From: Vampirovibrionales bacterium
GTDB taxonomy: Bacteria > Cyanobacteriota > Vampirovibrionia > Vampirovibrionales > Vampirovibrionaceae
DNA: 64,000 nt
Direction: 5' to 3'
Assembly (NCBI GenBank): GCA_035285165.1
Contig: JAYKHP010000023.1
Location: 20,152-84,151 of the forward strand
Shown here: positions 56,010 to 64,000 of the stretch, in pieces
Numbering within the stretch: the first letter of the stretch is position 1
Layout of the letters: each line of letters begins with the position of its first letter
Position numbers and translations under genes: made by a program
Notes under the pieces: model-generated
What the model was told of the DNA's origin: nothing
The model's input: only the letters and a program-made list of their open reading frames with translations
The model's database searches: none

Positions 56010-58928
56010 TTAACTTTTTAGTTTTTTTACATAGCTGCGGATGACTTCCGCATTGTTGGCGGTAGGCACCAGTTGAAGGAATTTTTCCAGGTGCTGGACG
56101 GCCTTGGGCTTATCGCCCAACTTGGAGTATACCAGCCCCAGATTGTAATGTGCCTCCGCAAAATCCGGGTTGATGTTTAATGCCTGATTATAAATATCCA
56201 TAGCGTCTTTCAGGTTGTTTTCGGCGTTGTAGATATTACCAAGGTTAAACAGGACTTCGCTGTCCGAAGGGTTGATTTCAAGCACCGCCTTAAAGACCTG
56301 CTCGGCTTCCTGTAATTTGCCCTGCTTCTTCAGCGTGGTGGCGTAATTGCTGAGGGAGCTGGTGGAGATGGCCTGCTTGAACGCGCCGTTGGCCTCCACA
56401 ACCTGCCCGTTCATCAAATAGATTTTGCCCAGCGTATTGTTCATCTCGACCTGCTGGGGATTGTCTCGGATGTAATCTTTCAAAATGCCCACCGCCTCGG
56501 CGTAATGCTTTTGGGCCGCCAGGCTTCTCGTCAGCGCGGTAACGTAGTTGGGGTCTTTCGGTTGCAGGTTCTGCGCGTTGCGATACGCTTCGGTGGCTTC
56601 GGCGATCTTGTTCTGGGCTTCCAGGACTTGAGCCTGCTTGAATTGTTTTTCAGCTTCTAAGGCAGAGGAGGGCTGCACGGCATTTTCTGCCGCTTCAACG
56701 GCAGGAGTTGTGCTAACCATTTTTTTCTGAAGTTCAAGCGCCTTTCCTTCAGCCAGTTTCAGCTTGCCGCTCAAATCATCCAACTGGGTTTTCAAATGCT
56801 TGTTCTCGACCAGCAACTCTTCACTACTCTGCTTGCCAAGTCCTTTGCCGGACTTGTCCTGCTGGTGCTTCAGCTTGTCGTACTCACCCAGAATGCGCTT
56901 GTAACGGCTGTCCATATCCTGCAGTTTTTCCTGGCTTTCACTCAATTGCTGTTTCATCATCGCCAGGTTCATCGCCGCTGTTTCATCCGTCTGGGCTTTG
57001 AGTAACGGATCACTGCCCGCCTTGGCGCTTTCCGTTTTCTGGGCGCCCAGTTTCTCGTTTAATGATTGATTCTGTGTTTGCAGGGTTTCCACCTGCATGC
57101 TCAGCGTTGTTTTATCTTCTTCTAGTTGCTTCAGTTGTCCTTGCAGGGCACTGATGCGGTCTTTTGAGGTGCTATCTTTTGGCGGGTTGTCATTTTTTTT
57201 ACTGCTGGTGGGGGCTTTGGCCGCCGCCGCTTTTAAAGTGGCCACTTCTGCAAACAGGGATTCGTTGACGGACTTCAGTTGCGCCTTTTCTTTTTTGAGC
57301 GTTTCAACTTCTTTTAGGGTTTCATTTGTGGCTGTTACCGAAGACGCTTTTGCCTTCTTGTCGCTGTTGTCGGCCTGTTGTTTTTGCAGCGCCATCAGCT
57401 TTTCCATTAAGGCCTGCTCGTTATAGCGCAATTCCTCACGTTCTTTTGAAAGCTCGGCGACTTGTTGTTTTTGCGTCGCAAGTTCCGCTTCGCGCGCCTT
57501 TCGCTCGTCTTCGCTTTTGGCTATCGCTGCTTTTAGTTCTTTGACTTGCCCTTCCTGTGTTCCCAGTGCTTTTTTGTCGCCGTTTTTATTTGAAAGTGCC
57601 AGCTTTGCCTGGGTTTCCTTGGTTAGCGCTTCCTGGGTCGAGGCAAGCTGCGCGCGCAGCGATGCGACTTCGGCTTCCCGATTCGCCCCTGTCTGGGCGC
57701 GTTGCTCGCTATTGGCTAATTTGGCATTTGTCTGGGTTAGCAATAAGTCTTTTTCCTGAAGCTGCTTGCGCAAATCAGTAATGAGCGGATCGTCCTGGCT
57801 GTTGGCGGCCTGAATTTTTTCATTTAAAACCCCTACCTGCTCCTTGAGCGAGGTGATTTCCTTGTCCTTGGTTTCAATTTTGCTGTTCAACAGGGTCAAC
57901 TGCTCTCTGGCATTCGTGTCGGCCACGCCCTGCATCTGTTCCACCTGGCGCTTAAGAAAAGCGATTTCCTTGTTCTGCTCGTTAATGGTGCTAATTGACT
58001 TGTTCAGGGCATTTTTGGCCTGATCCAACTGGGCCCTGATTTCGGCGATTTGTGCTTCGCTTAATGCCGGCTTGGCTGTGGTTTGCTTCGGCGCCGCCGC
58101 TTGGGCGCGGGCTGTTTTCAGTTGTTCGCTCAGTTGGTTGTTCTGGCTTTGAAGCGTGCCCAGCTTGGTCTGTAAAACGGTAATTTCATTGCGAAGCCCG
58201 GTGGTGTTCGGAGCGGGCGCCGCGGGTTTCTGGCCGGACTGTTTTTGCAGGCTGGTTTTCAGCGACTGGTTTTCTTGCGCCACTTGGTTGTAACGTTGAT
58301 TCATCAGGCTTAAAGAGCGCTTGAGCTCGTTGATTTCATCTGTGTTCAGGTTTGGGTTTGCGGTACGCGTGCTGATCAATGGCCTGGCTCCTGGAGGCGT
58401 GCCAAAAGGGATCGGGCTTGCGCTTGAAATGGAAACCGGGGCAATTTTAAGCTCGACTTTGGAAGCATTGTTTTGGGTAATGGCCGTGTTGTAATTAATG
58501 CCGTCCACATCCAGCAGAATTCTGACCACCGGGTGGGTGCCACCAAATTGATTGACGGAAATATTTTTAATGGCGGGCCATTTCTGGGCCAGTGTTTTTA
58601 GAAGAATCGTATTATTGGGAAGCGTTCCGATTTCCGCGTCTTCAATATCGAGAATGATGCGCTTATTGGTGCCGATATTGACGGCGTTAACAGTAGCGCT
58701 GACAGCCCCGGTGCTGAGGAGAGAAAACGATTGCGTGGCGCTTGAGTAATCAAGTCCGTTTACTTTGGCGATGTTTTCGGCAAGGGCTGACGGAGATGTG
58801 AAAACCAGAAAGCCACTGAGGACGACGCTGATGGCCAAAGTCGCAGCCACTCGCTTTGTGCGCGCATTTTCCCCTTTCATCGCATTGCTTGTTTTGCAAA
58901 CACCGAATGCTATCCCTGAAAATTTCAT
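56010..58928 (-). CDS. secreted AMIN domain / ~550-residue coiled coil / C-terminal TPR protein
   Basis: 972 aa. Signal peptide (VAATLAISVVLSGFLVFTSPSALA). AMIN-like segment NGLDYSS...RIILDIEDAEIG...ISVNQFGGTHPVVRILLDVDG. Heptad-rich Q/E/K/L/A region. TPR repeats at the C-terminus (EAHYNLGLVYSKLGDKPKAVQHLEKFL). Confidence 0.8.
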   Translation of the reverse strand: MKFSGIAFGVCKTSNAMKGENARTKRVAATLAISVVLSGFLVFTSPSALAENIAKVNGLDYSSATQSFSLLSTGAVSATVNAVNIGTNKRIILDIEDAEIGTLPNNTILLKTLAQKWPAIKNISVNQFGGTHPVVRILLDVDGINYNTAITQNNASKVELKIAPVSISSASPIPFGTPPGARPLISTRTANPNLNTDEINELKRSLSLMNQRYNQVAQENQSLKTSLQKQSGQKPAAPAPNTTGLRNEITVLQTKLGTLQSQNNQLSEQLKTARAQAAAPKQTTAKPALSEAQIAEIRAQLDQAKNALNKSISTINEQNKEIAFLKRQVEQMQGVADTNAREQLTLLNSKIETKDKEITSLKEQVGVLNEKIQAANSQDDPLITDLRKQLQEKDLLLTQTNAKLANSEQRAQTGANREAEVASLRAQLASTQEALTKETQAKLALSNKNGDKKALGTQEGQVKELKAAIAKSEDERKAREAELATQKQQVAELSKEREELRYNEQALMEKLMALQKQQADNSDKKAKASSVTATNETLKEVETLKKEKAQLKSVNESLFAEVATLKAAAAKAPTSSKKNDNPPKDSTSKDRISALQGQLKQLEEDKTTLSMQVETLQTQNQSLNEKLGAQKTESAKAGSDPLLKAQTDETAAMNLAMMKQQLSESQEKLQDMDSRYKRILGEYDKLKHQQDKSGKGLGKQSSEELLVENKHLKTQLDDLSGKLKLAEGKALELQKKMVSTTPAVEAAENAVQPSSALEAEKQFKQAQVLEAQNKIAEATEAYRNAQNLQPKDPNYVTALTRSLAAQKHYAEAVGILKDYIRDNPQQVEMNNTLGKIYLMNGQVVEANGAFKQAISTSSLSNYATTLKKQGKLQEAEQVFKAVLEINPSDSEVLFNLGNIYNAENNLKDAMDIYNQALNINPDFAEAHYNLGLVYSKLGDKPKAVQHLEKFLQLVPTANNAEVIRSYVKKLKS

Positions 58929-58967
58929 TGACTCGTCATGTCCTTTACTGCTGTATTTTTCAAATCG

Positions 58968-60587
58968 TTATTGCTTGATTAAGCTCAGCCTGGCTTGTAA
59001 ATCATTAACAAAGCCCGGCATGCTTGCGGCGTCGGCGTAAATCTTAAAGAGGCGATCCAAAGTATCCTGCGCCTGCAGGGGTTTGTGCTGGCGCAGGTAA
59101 AGATCGGTCAGTTGCGCCAGCGCGTCCTGGTTTTTCGGGTCTACCAGCAGCATGTTATTCAGAACGCGCTCGGTGGATGACCAGTCGCCTTTTTGTTGGT
59201 AATGCCTCGCCAGGGTTAGATAGGCCTGCCAGTGATCGGGGTAGAGCTTGATTTCTTCTTCAAGAGTGGCTTCCTGCCCTGCATTCATTGTATTCTGTTG
59301 GGGATTTTGTTGAATCATCAAAAGCTGGTAATTAATATCGTTTTTTGGTGCTTGCGTTTTATCGGACTTGTCTGTCTTTAAAGGCTCCGGCGCTTTTGAA
59401 AGATTCAACCCTATTTTTTCTTGAGATTGGCGCAATTTTTCATTTTCAAGCTTTAACTGCGCCACTTGCTCTTGAAGGGCTTGTCTGGCGGCTTCCGCTT
59501 CTTGGATATTTTTCTGCAATTCCAAAAACATGTCGGTTGAGGCTTGCGGTGACGTCGAACCGCTCAGGCTGACGCTTTGCGCAAGCCTGGCTTTTAGCCG
59601 GGTATTTTCTTCCTGAAGGGCTTCGTTGCTTTGACGCAGTTTTTCCAGTTCGTGTAATGGCGCGTCATTTTTTGTTTCTTCTGAAGTCGCTCCCACGGCG
59701 TTTGGCTGAATGGGGCCTTCACCTGTCGTATCCAACGCCAGGGCCGCAATTGCTGGTGTCGGCACTATGGGAAGCGGGGAAATATCCTGGGCGGATTTTA
59801 TAGGATCTTCCTGTAAAATGTGAGCGTTTAAAGCGGGTTTTAAGTTGATGCCAACCGCCTGGCCTGGAATGAACAAAATCCGTGGCTTAAGATTTTCCGC
59901 TTCTGTTTCTTTCTCGATTTCCATAACCACACGCAACGTTTGTTTGTCGCTGCCATTATCGCTACTGTTTTTTTCACTATCTCTTGTCAGTCCTGAGGCG
60001 GGCTTCATTTGGAGAAACAGAATGCTGTGAACGGGAATCGCCTTCTCAGAGGGAGTATTTAAGCTTTTTGTCAAAAAACTTGCTGTCGCCTGTTCAAATA
60101 AAGCTTTTAAAGCCAATGCGTCCGCCTGCGAAATGCCAGGCAGGTCAAGGCGCAGCATTTGCTTGCTGGATTGTGTCGGCCAGCTTTCCCAAACGGGCTT
60201 TTGCGTGAACTTTTCTGAGCTTAGCCAAAGAATTCCGTTTTGATAGCGAAGCGGTTGAGGAGAGGCCAGGGGGTTCTCGCTGGATAAGCCCGGTAAGTCA
60301 GAGGGTGGGTCAGAAACGGGTAAATTAGGAGCAGGTTCTGTTATTTCCATCGGCGCTAGCTTGGAGGGAGATACTATCGGGTTTTTTTTGAAGGATGTCC
60401 AATCAAGCGCATAGGCGCAAGATATCCCCGCCGTAAAGTAAAGCCCTGCCAAGCAAAGCCCGGAAAAAATACGAAGCCAGGCCGATGAGGCCAAAGGTTT
60501 TATTGAACGCGTTTGGGGGCTAAGTTCAATGCCCCTGCAATGCTTGGTGAACCCTAACAGCATGGCTTGGGAGTCTCGTGTTTGCAA
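58968..60587 (-). CDS. secreted AMIN-like / coiled coil / TPR protein
   Basis: 539 aa. N-terminal hydrophobic anchor. Beta-rich region (MLRLDLPGISQADA...LRVVMEIEKE). Coiled coil (LEKLRQSNEALQEENTRLKARL...QVAQLKLENEKLRQ). C-terminal TPR (WQAYLTLARHYQQKGDW). Confidence 0.7.
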   Translation of the reverse strand: MQTRDSQAMLLGFTKHCRGIELSPQTRSIKPLASSAWLRIFSGLCLAGLYFTAGISCAYALDWTSFKKNPIVSPSKLAPMEITEPAPNLPVSDPPSDLPGLSSENPLASPQPLRYQNGILWLSSEKFTQKPVWESWPTQSSKQMLRLDLPGISQADALALKALFEQATASFLTKSLNTPSEKAIPVHSILFLQMKPASGLTRDSEKNSSDNGSDKQTLRVVMEIEKETEAENLKPRILFIPGQAVGINLKPALNAHILQEDPIKSAQDISPLPIVPTPAIAALALDTTGEGPIQPNAVGATSEETKNDAPLHELEKLRQSNEALQEENTRLKARLAQSVSLSGSTSPQASTDMFLELQKNIQEAEAARQALQEQVAQLKLENEKLRQSQEKIGLNLSKAPEPLKTDKSDKTQAPKNDINYQLLMIQQNPQQNTMNAGQEATLEEEIKLYPDHWQAYLTLARHYQQKGDWSSTERVLNNMLLVDPKNQDALAQLTDLYLRQHKPLQAQDTLDRLFKIYADAASMPGFVNDLQARLSLIKQ

Positions 60588-60883
60588 ATCTCATACGGGG
60601 AATCTCACAAAAAGAGGCAAATAGATGTTGCTCGATAAATTGAAACGGAATGAGTCAAAACTAAAACGGCATAAACCGAAAATCCATTAGCGCCAGACGC
60701 CTGCTAATGATTTTTTGTCGCTTGTGCTTCGTGCTTTTGCCTCTTTCAGAATATGCCTCACTATAGCACAAATGCCCCGCAAGGTCTTGCGGCAGAACGT
60801 GCCGGGCGGATCTTGCCCATTGAACAGGCCAAGCGTCGGCGCAAGACAACGCCTTTATTTTGAGCCGTATAATACAGGGCCGC

Positions 60884-62827
60884 TTAATCCCTTAGCGAAT
60901 CGTGCTTTCTAGCCTCACCCTCGGCGATATGCAGCTTATGTTTTAGGCTATTGGCAACCGGGGCCTGATCAATAGGCCGGACAACCAGCGCGGTGCTGAC
61001 GGGAACACCATTGGGCGATGTGGGGCGGTTCATGAAACGATCGCCAATCACCATCTGGCTTGAGCTTCCGCCATCCAGGTTCATCGCTTGCTTTGCGCCA
61101 AGCGCTTCCATCAGGTAAGACATCTCCCATAGCGTCATGCCAACCGAAGCGCTCTGGCGGCCATCAACGGTCACCAATAGTAATGTGCCGTCAGCTTTAA
61201 CGCCAATGGCCGTTCTTGGCTCATAAGCGCCAAGCCCGTGATAAAACTGCTGTTTTTTCAAATCGACATAACGCTCGCCGTCCCTGACCAAATAGGGCCC
61301 CCCGCTGATGGCGTGTTTAATGCCTGACCAGTCGGGTGTTGTGTAAAAGCGGGAATGAATGGCCGTACCGTTTGGAAGCGTTACTAATCTGGACATCTGC
61401 GCGTTCATGGGCCCGGAAATGACCAGGCCGCCTTTGGGAATAGCAAGTGCCTGGGTGGTGGACACAGCGGCGAGGCGAAACTCTTTTTGCCCGGAAGTCG
61501 GGTTTGAAAACGGTGTTAGCAAAGCTTGTGCGCCACCTTTTGGAACTGCGGGCGCAACACTTCCCCAGCGCTCGCTGTACATGACGGTTTGGGTGCTGTG
61601 AACCCTGGGCTGGTTGATATTGTGAATGGCAAGTTTATGCTGGCGCGTTGCGCTAGTAGGTTTTTGCCCCGCTGCCTGTAATGTGGCAGGAAGCGGAATG
61701 CCAGCAATCGTAAATGCGCCACGGCCTGTTTCAGCGCTGGGGGCGCTTAAACCGAGTTCCTCGAAACTGAGTTCTCCATGAAAACTCAACCTGGCCATCT
61801 GCGCCTGGTTATTGCCGTCAATGCCAAAGCAGACGCGATCAAAAATCGGCCCGGCCACCAGTTCATCGTCAAGAATGACGGTTCCCAGTGCGATGCCTTT
61901 ATCCTGCTTGAAAAACGAGGCGTTGATGCCAACGCTTGCCCCGGTGGCTGACACCATTTGCCGAACGGTCGCCTTGGCGCCCATACGGCCCTTGGCCAAA
62001 ACGGGAAAAATCTCATAGCGCGCAGGGTCGATTTCCACCACGTGGAAGCGAACCGGCCCCTTGGGCATTTGCTGGAAAACCTCTCGATAATCCAGGCCAT
62101 CGGCCACATGCATGTTACTCACCTGCCAGCCGCCGTAGTTCTGGATTTGAATCACCAGTTGGTTGTTTTTCTCATCCCAGTTGAATTTGGCGCTTTTAGG
62201 CCGCATGCGTTTAGCAAAAAGCTGAACCTTGCCGAGGTGGCTTTCAAGATAAACCTGTTTTAAATTAGGCGTGCTGAAGTTTCTGATTAACGGCTTGTCA
62301 AGTCCGTCCACGCTGCCGCTGAAACTCATCGTCAGCTTGTCAGGGTCTGTGTCGGAAAAATTAAAGTCGCTGGGCAGGCTGTCTTCAAAACCGATGGAAG
62401 CTCCTGCCGGTAGACGGTTTGCCAGTGTCAGGATAATCTTTTCGCCTGCAAAAGCCTTTTCAAACTGCACTTTTTTGACTCTTAACGTCAACAGCCTGGC
62501 TTCTTGCGTTGCCGTTTCAGGCATACTGGTTTCAGACATACCCAGGGGGGGCGTGATGTTGACTGCGGTTTCGGTTAATTGCGAAGCGGTTGCCGTCATG
62601 TTGGCAAGCAGCTTGAAGCCAATGAAAGAAAAAATAGCCAGCATAACCAGCGCCAGGTTCAACAGGCACAGGTCGCCGCTTAGTTTCAACGCGCCTGTCA
62701 ATGAGCGATGGAAGGCCGAGCTTTTAAATGAGGCCATTGTGAGGGGGCGTTTTTTCCCATGGGGAGGATTAAATGCCCTAGGACATTTGATTTTAACCAA
62801 GATAGGCGAAAATAACTTAAACAACAA
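60884..62827 (-). CDS. membrane-anchored phosphodiester glycosidase (DUF2233/NAGPA-like) family protein
   Basis: GASVGINASFF, AISGGPYLVRDGE, and PRTAIGVKADGTLLLVTVDGRQSASVGMTLWEMSYLMEALGAKQAMNLDGGSSSQMV. One N-terminal TM helix and a beta-rich spacer domain. Confidence 0.75.
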   Translation of the reverse strand: MLFKLFSPILVKIKCPRAFNPPHGKKRPLTMASFKSSAFHRSLTGALKLSGDLCLLNLALVMLAIFSFIGFKLLANMTATASQLTETAVNITPPLGMSETSMPETATQEARLLTLRVKKVQFEKAFAGEKIILTLANRLPAGASIGFEDSLPSDFNFSDTDPDKLTMSFSGSVDGLDKPLIRNFSTPNLKQVYLESHLGKVQLFAKRMRPKSAKFNWDEKNNQLVIQIQNYGGWQVSNMHVADGLDYREVFQQMPKGPVRFHVVEIDPARYEIFPVLAKGRMGAKATVRQMVSATGASVGINASFFKQDKGIALGTVILDDELVAGPIFDRVCFGIDGNNQAQMARLSFHGELSFEELGLSAPSAETGRGAFTIAGIPLPATLQAAGQKPTSATRQHKLAIHNINQPRVHSTQTVMYSERWGSVAPAVPKGGAQALLTPFSNPTSGQKEFRLAAVSTTQALAIPKGGLVISGPMNAQMSRLVTLPNGTAIHSRFYTTPDWSGIKHAISGGPYLVRDGERYVDLKKQQFYHGLGAYEPRTAIGVKADGTLLLVTVDGRQSASVGMTLWEMSYLMEALGAKQAMNLDGGSSSQMVIGDRFMNRPTSPNGVPVSTALVVRPIDQAPVANSLKHKLHIAEGEARKHDSLRD

Positions 62828-63064
62828 ACACCACCTGTTGATTTAATGGAGTTTTTAACACACACTCGTTGATCAAGCATAACGTTTGGCCGTGTGACGG
62901 GCCTCCCCCGAATCGAGGAAGCGTATGCTTGAGCCTGATAGGGCAAGGCGATGCGCCCAATGCTCGCGTTAATGTCGTCACAAGCTAAACGGACGAGGGC
63001 TGTCGGGAAAAGTTCCCATACAGATTATTTCGGTCGCTTTCCCCAATAACTTGAGCGCGCTGCC

Positions 63065-63649
63065 TCAGGCATAGACTTGAAAAATCGCTGAAGAGGCCGT
63101 GTGATGAGGCGCTGTCTGGGCCACGACACCCTGTTCCCTCTGGGCCAGGGCTATCCTCTCTTGCAGTTTTGCCGATACTTCGGGGCTGACTGCTGAAGCG
63201 TCAATCCCCTTGTTTATTCCGGCGCTCTTAAGGCCATAAAGAAGCTCCACCTTGACGTTAACGTCATCAAAGGGCCTTGCAAGCACGGTTTGAGCGACGC
63301 CTGAAAGCGTTCCACGGGCGGCTTCAAAATTCGGGTTGTTGGCCAATTCGACCAGCGCTCTTGCTGCTTTTAAACGGAGAAAGTTCGCGTCAAGCTGCTG
63401 TAAAGGTGCTAAGGACAAGGGGTTTTCCAGCAGCTTTGCCCTCAGAAGGGCCAAGGTTTCTTCGTTGCCGCTATCCCGTCCTTGAATGGCCTCTAAGGCT
63501 CTCAAGTTGAGAAGGGGCAATCGCGTTGTTTTTAGCACCTGTTCTGCCAAACCCGACTGCTGAGAATGGCCTTGGGCAAATGGCGCGACTGGCATATAAG
63601 GCGTTAAGCCATTCTGGGAAATGGCTGAAAGACTGGTGGGTGTCATCAT
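63065..63649 (-). CDS. hypothetical protein (helical, no motif recognised)
   Basis: 194-aa ORF, 17 bp downstream of the next minus-strand gene. Confidence 0.5.
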   Translation of the reverse strand: MMTPTSLSAISQNGLTPYMPVAPFAQGHSQQSGLAEQVLKTTRLPLLNLRALEAIQGRDSGNEETLALLRAKLLENPLSLAPLQQLDANFLRLKAARALVELANNPNFEAARGTLSGVAQTVLARPFDDVNVKVELLYGLKSAGINKGIDASAVSPEVSAKLQERIALAQREQGVVAQTAPHHTASSAIFQVYA

Positions 63650-63666
63650 TGTTTAATATAAGATGC

Positions 63667-64000
63667 TTATTGTTTGGGGCCTTGGGCAGGAATTTGAACC
63701 GGTGGCGCCTGGCCTGGCAGAAACGAAGGTGGTGGGCTGGCCGGAGTGCGAAAAGGGTTTTGTTCATCAAGCTTCGGGGCGGGTTCAGGGTTTCCTGGGC
63801 CTTGAGGCGCACCTTGCGCCTGCGACTGACCTGCTTTTCCAGCAGCCTCCTCAACCTGCTTGTTGGCCCACATATAATCGATTTGAGCTTTTTGGGCCGC
63901 CGCTTGGGCGTCAATGGCCCGCTTCAGCTTGTCGATGGCGTTTGCCTGAGGGTCAATGTCGTTGCCTTTATGCTGTTTGGGGCTGCCTTTGCCGCCACCT
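63667..64000 (-). CDS. hypothetical P/G/Q/A-rich protein, partial (N-terminus beyond window end)
   Basis: The ORF track lists 63667-63873. Hand translation shows the same frame stays open upstream to the window edge (..GGGKGSPKQHKGNDIDPQANAIDKLKRAIDAQAAAQKAQIDYMWANKQ..). Confidence 0.45.
   Translation of the reverse strand, partial: GGGKGSPKQHKGNDIDPQANAIDKLKRAIDAQAAAQKAQIDYMWANKQVEEAAGKAGQSQAQGAPQGPGNPEPAPKLDEQNPFRTPASPPPSFLPGQAPPVQIPAQGPKQ

Noticed and set aside
1-64000. Scan for CRISPR arrays, rRNA genes, transposases, integrases and phage structural genes.
   Set aside because: No regularly spaced direct repeats with unique spacers were found, and no 16S/23S/5S signature. No DDE, tyrosine-recombinase or serine-recombinase motifs were recognised in any ORF of the track.

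Overview
This 64-kb chromosomal window holds about 55 protein-coding genes, roughly two thirds of them on the minus strand, plus one tRNA-Arg(ACG). I found no rRNA, no CRISPR array, and no recognisable transposase, integrase or phage structural gene. Housekeeping anchors recognised from motifs are tadA, rplS, rbgA, valS, gltX, coaX, rimI, a guanine-deaminase-type amidohydrolase, feoAB, mgtC, a CDF transporter, a CPA2/Kef transporter, pirin, and RlpA, LysM and VanX-type cell-wall genes. L19 and ValRS look most like the cyanobacterial lineage, but nothing photosynthetic is present and many proteins carry long P/Q/S/A-rich low-complexity extensions. My low-confidence guess, by inference only, is a non-photosynthetic relative of Cyanobacteria (Vampirovibrionia/Melainabacteria-like). 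Candidates for something undescribed: (1) A four-gene, ATGA-coupled array built from two diverged copies of a two-gene membrane-protein module with no recognisable domains (19854-25163), followed by a secreted metallophosphoesterase. (2) A four-gene envelope cluster of AMIN-like/coiled-coil/TPR proteins plus a membrane-anchored phosphodiester glycosidase (52840-62827). (3) An ATPase-less OLD-type Toprim protein overlapping a class-IV PLP-fold gene (9905-12653). (4) An orphan FliI/SctN-type ATPase beside tRNA-Arg, an AT-rich islet and a ParDE module. (5) A perfect 35-bp inverted repeat in a divergent promoter region (42364-42498). (6) A subtilase-like protein with a poly-Met tract and a non-canonical acidic residue. 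All functional calls come from motif recognition by eye; no database search or computation was possible.
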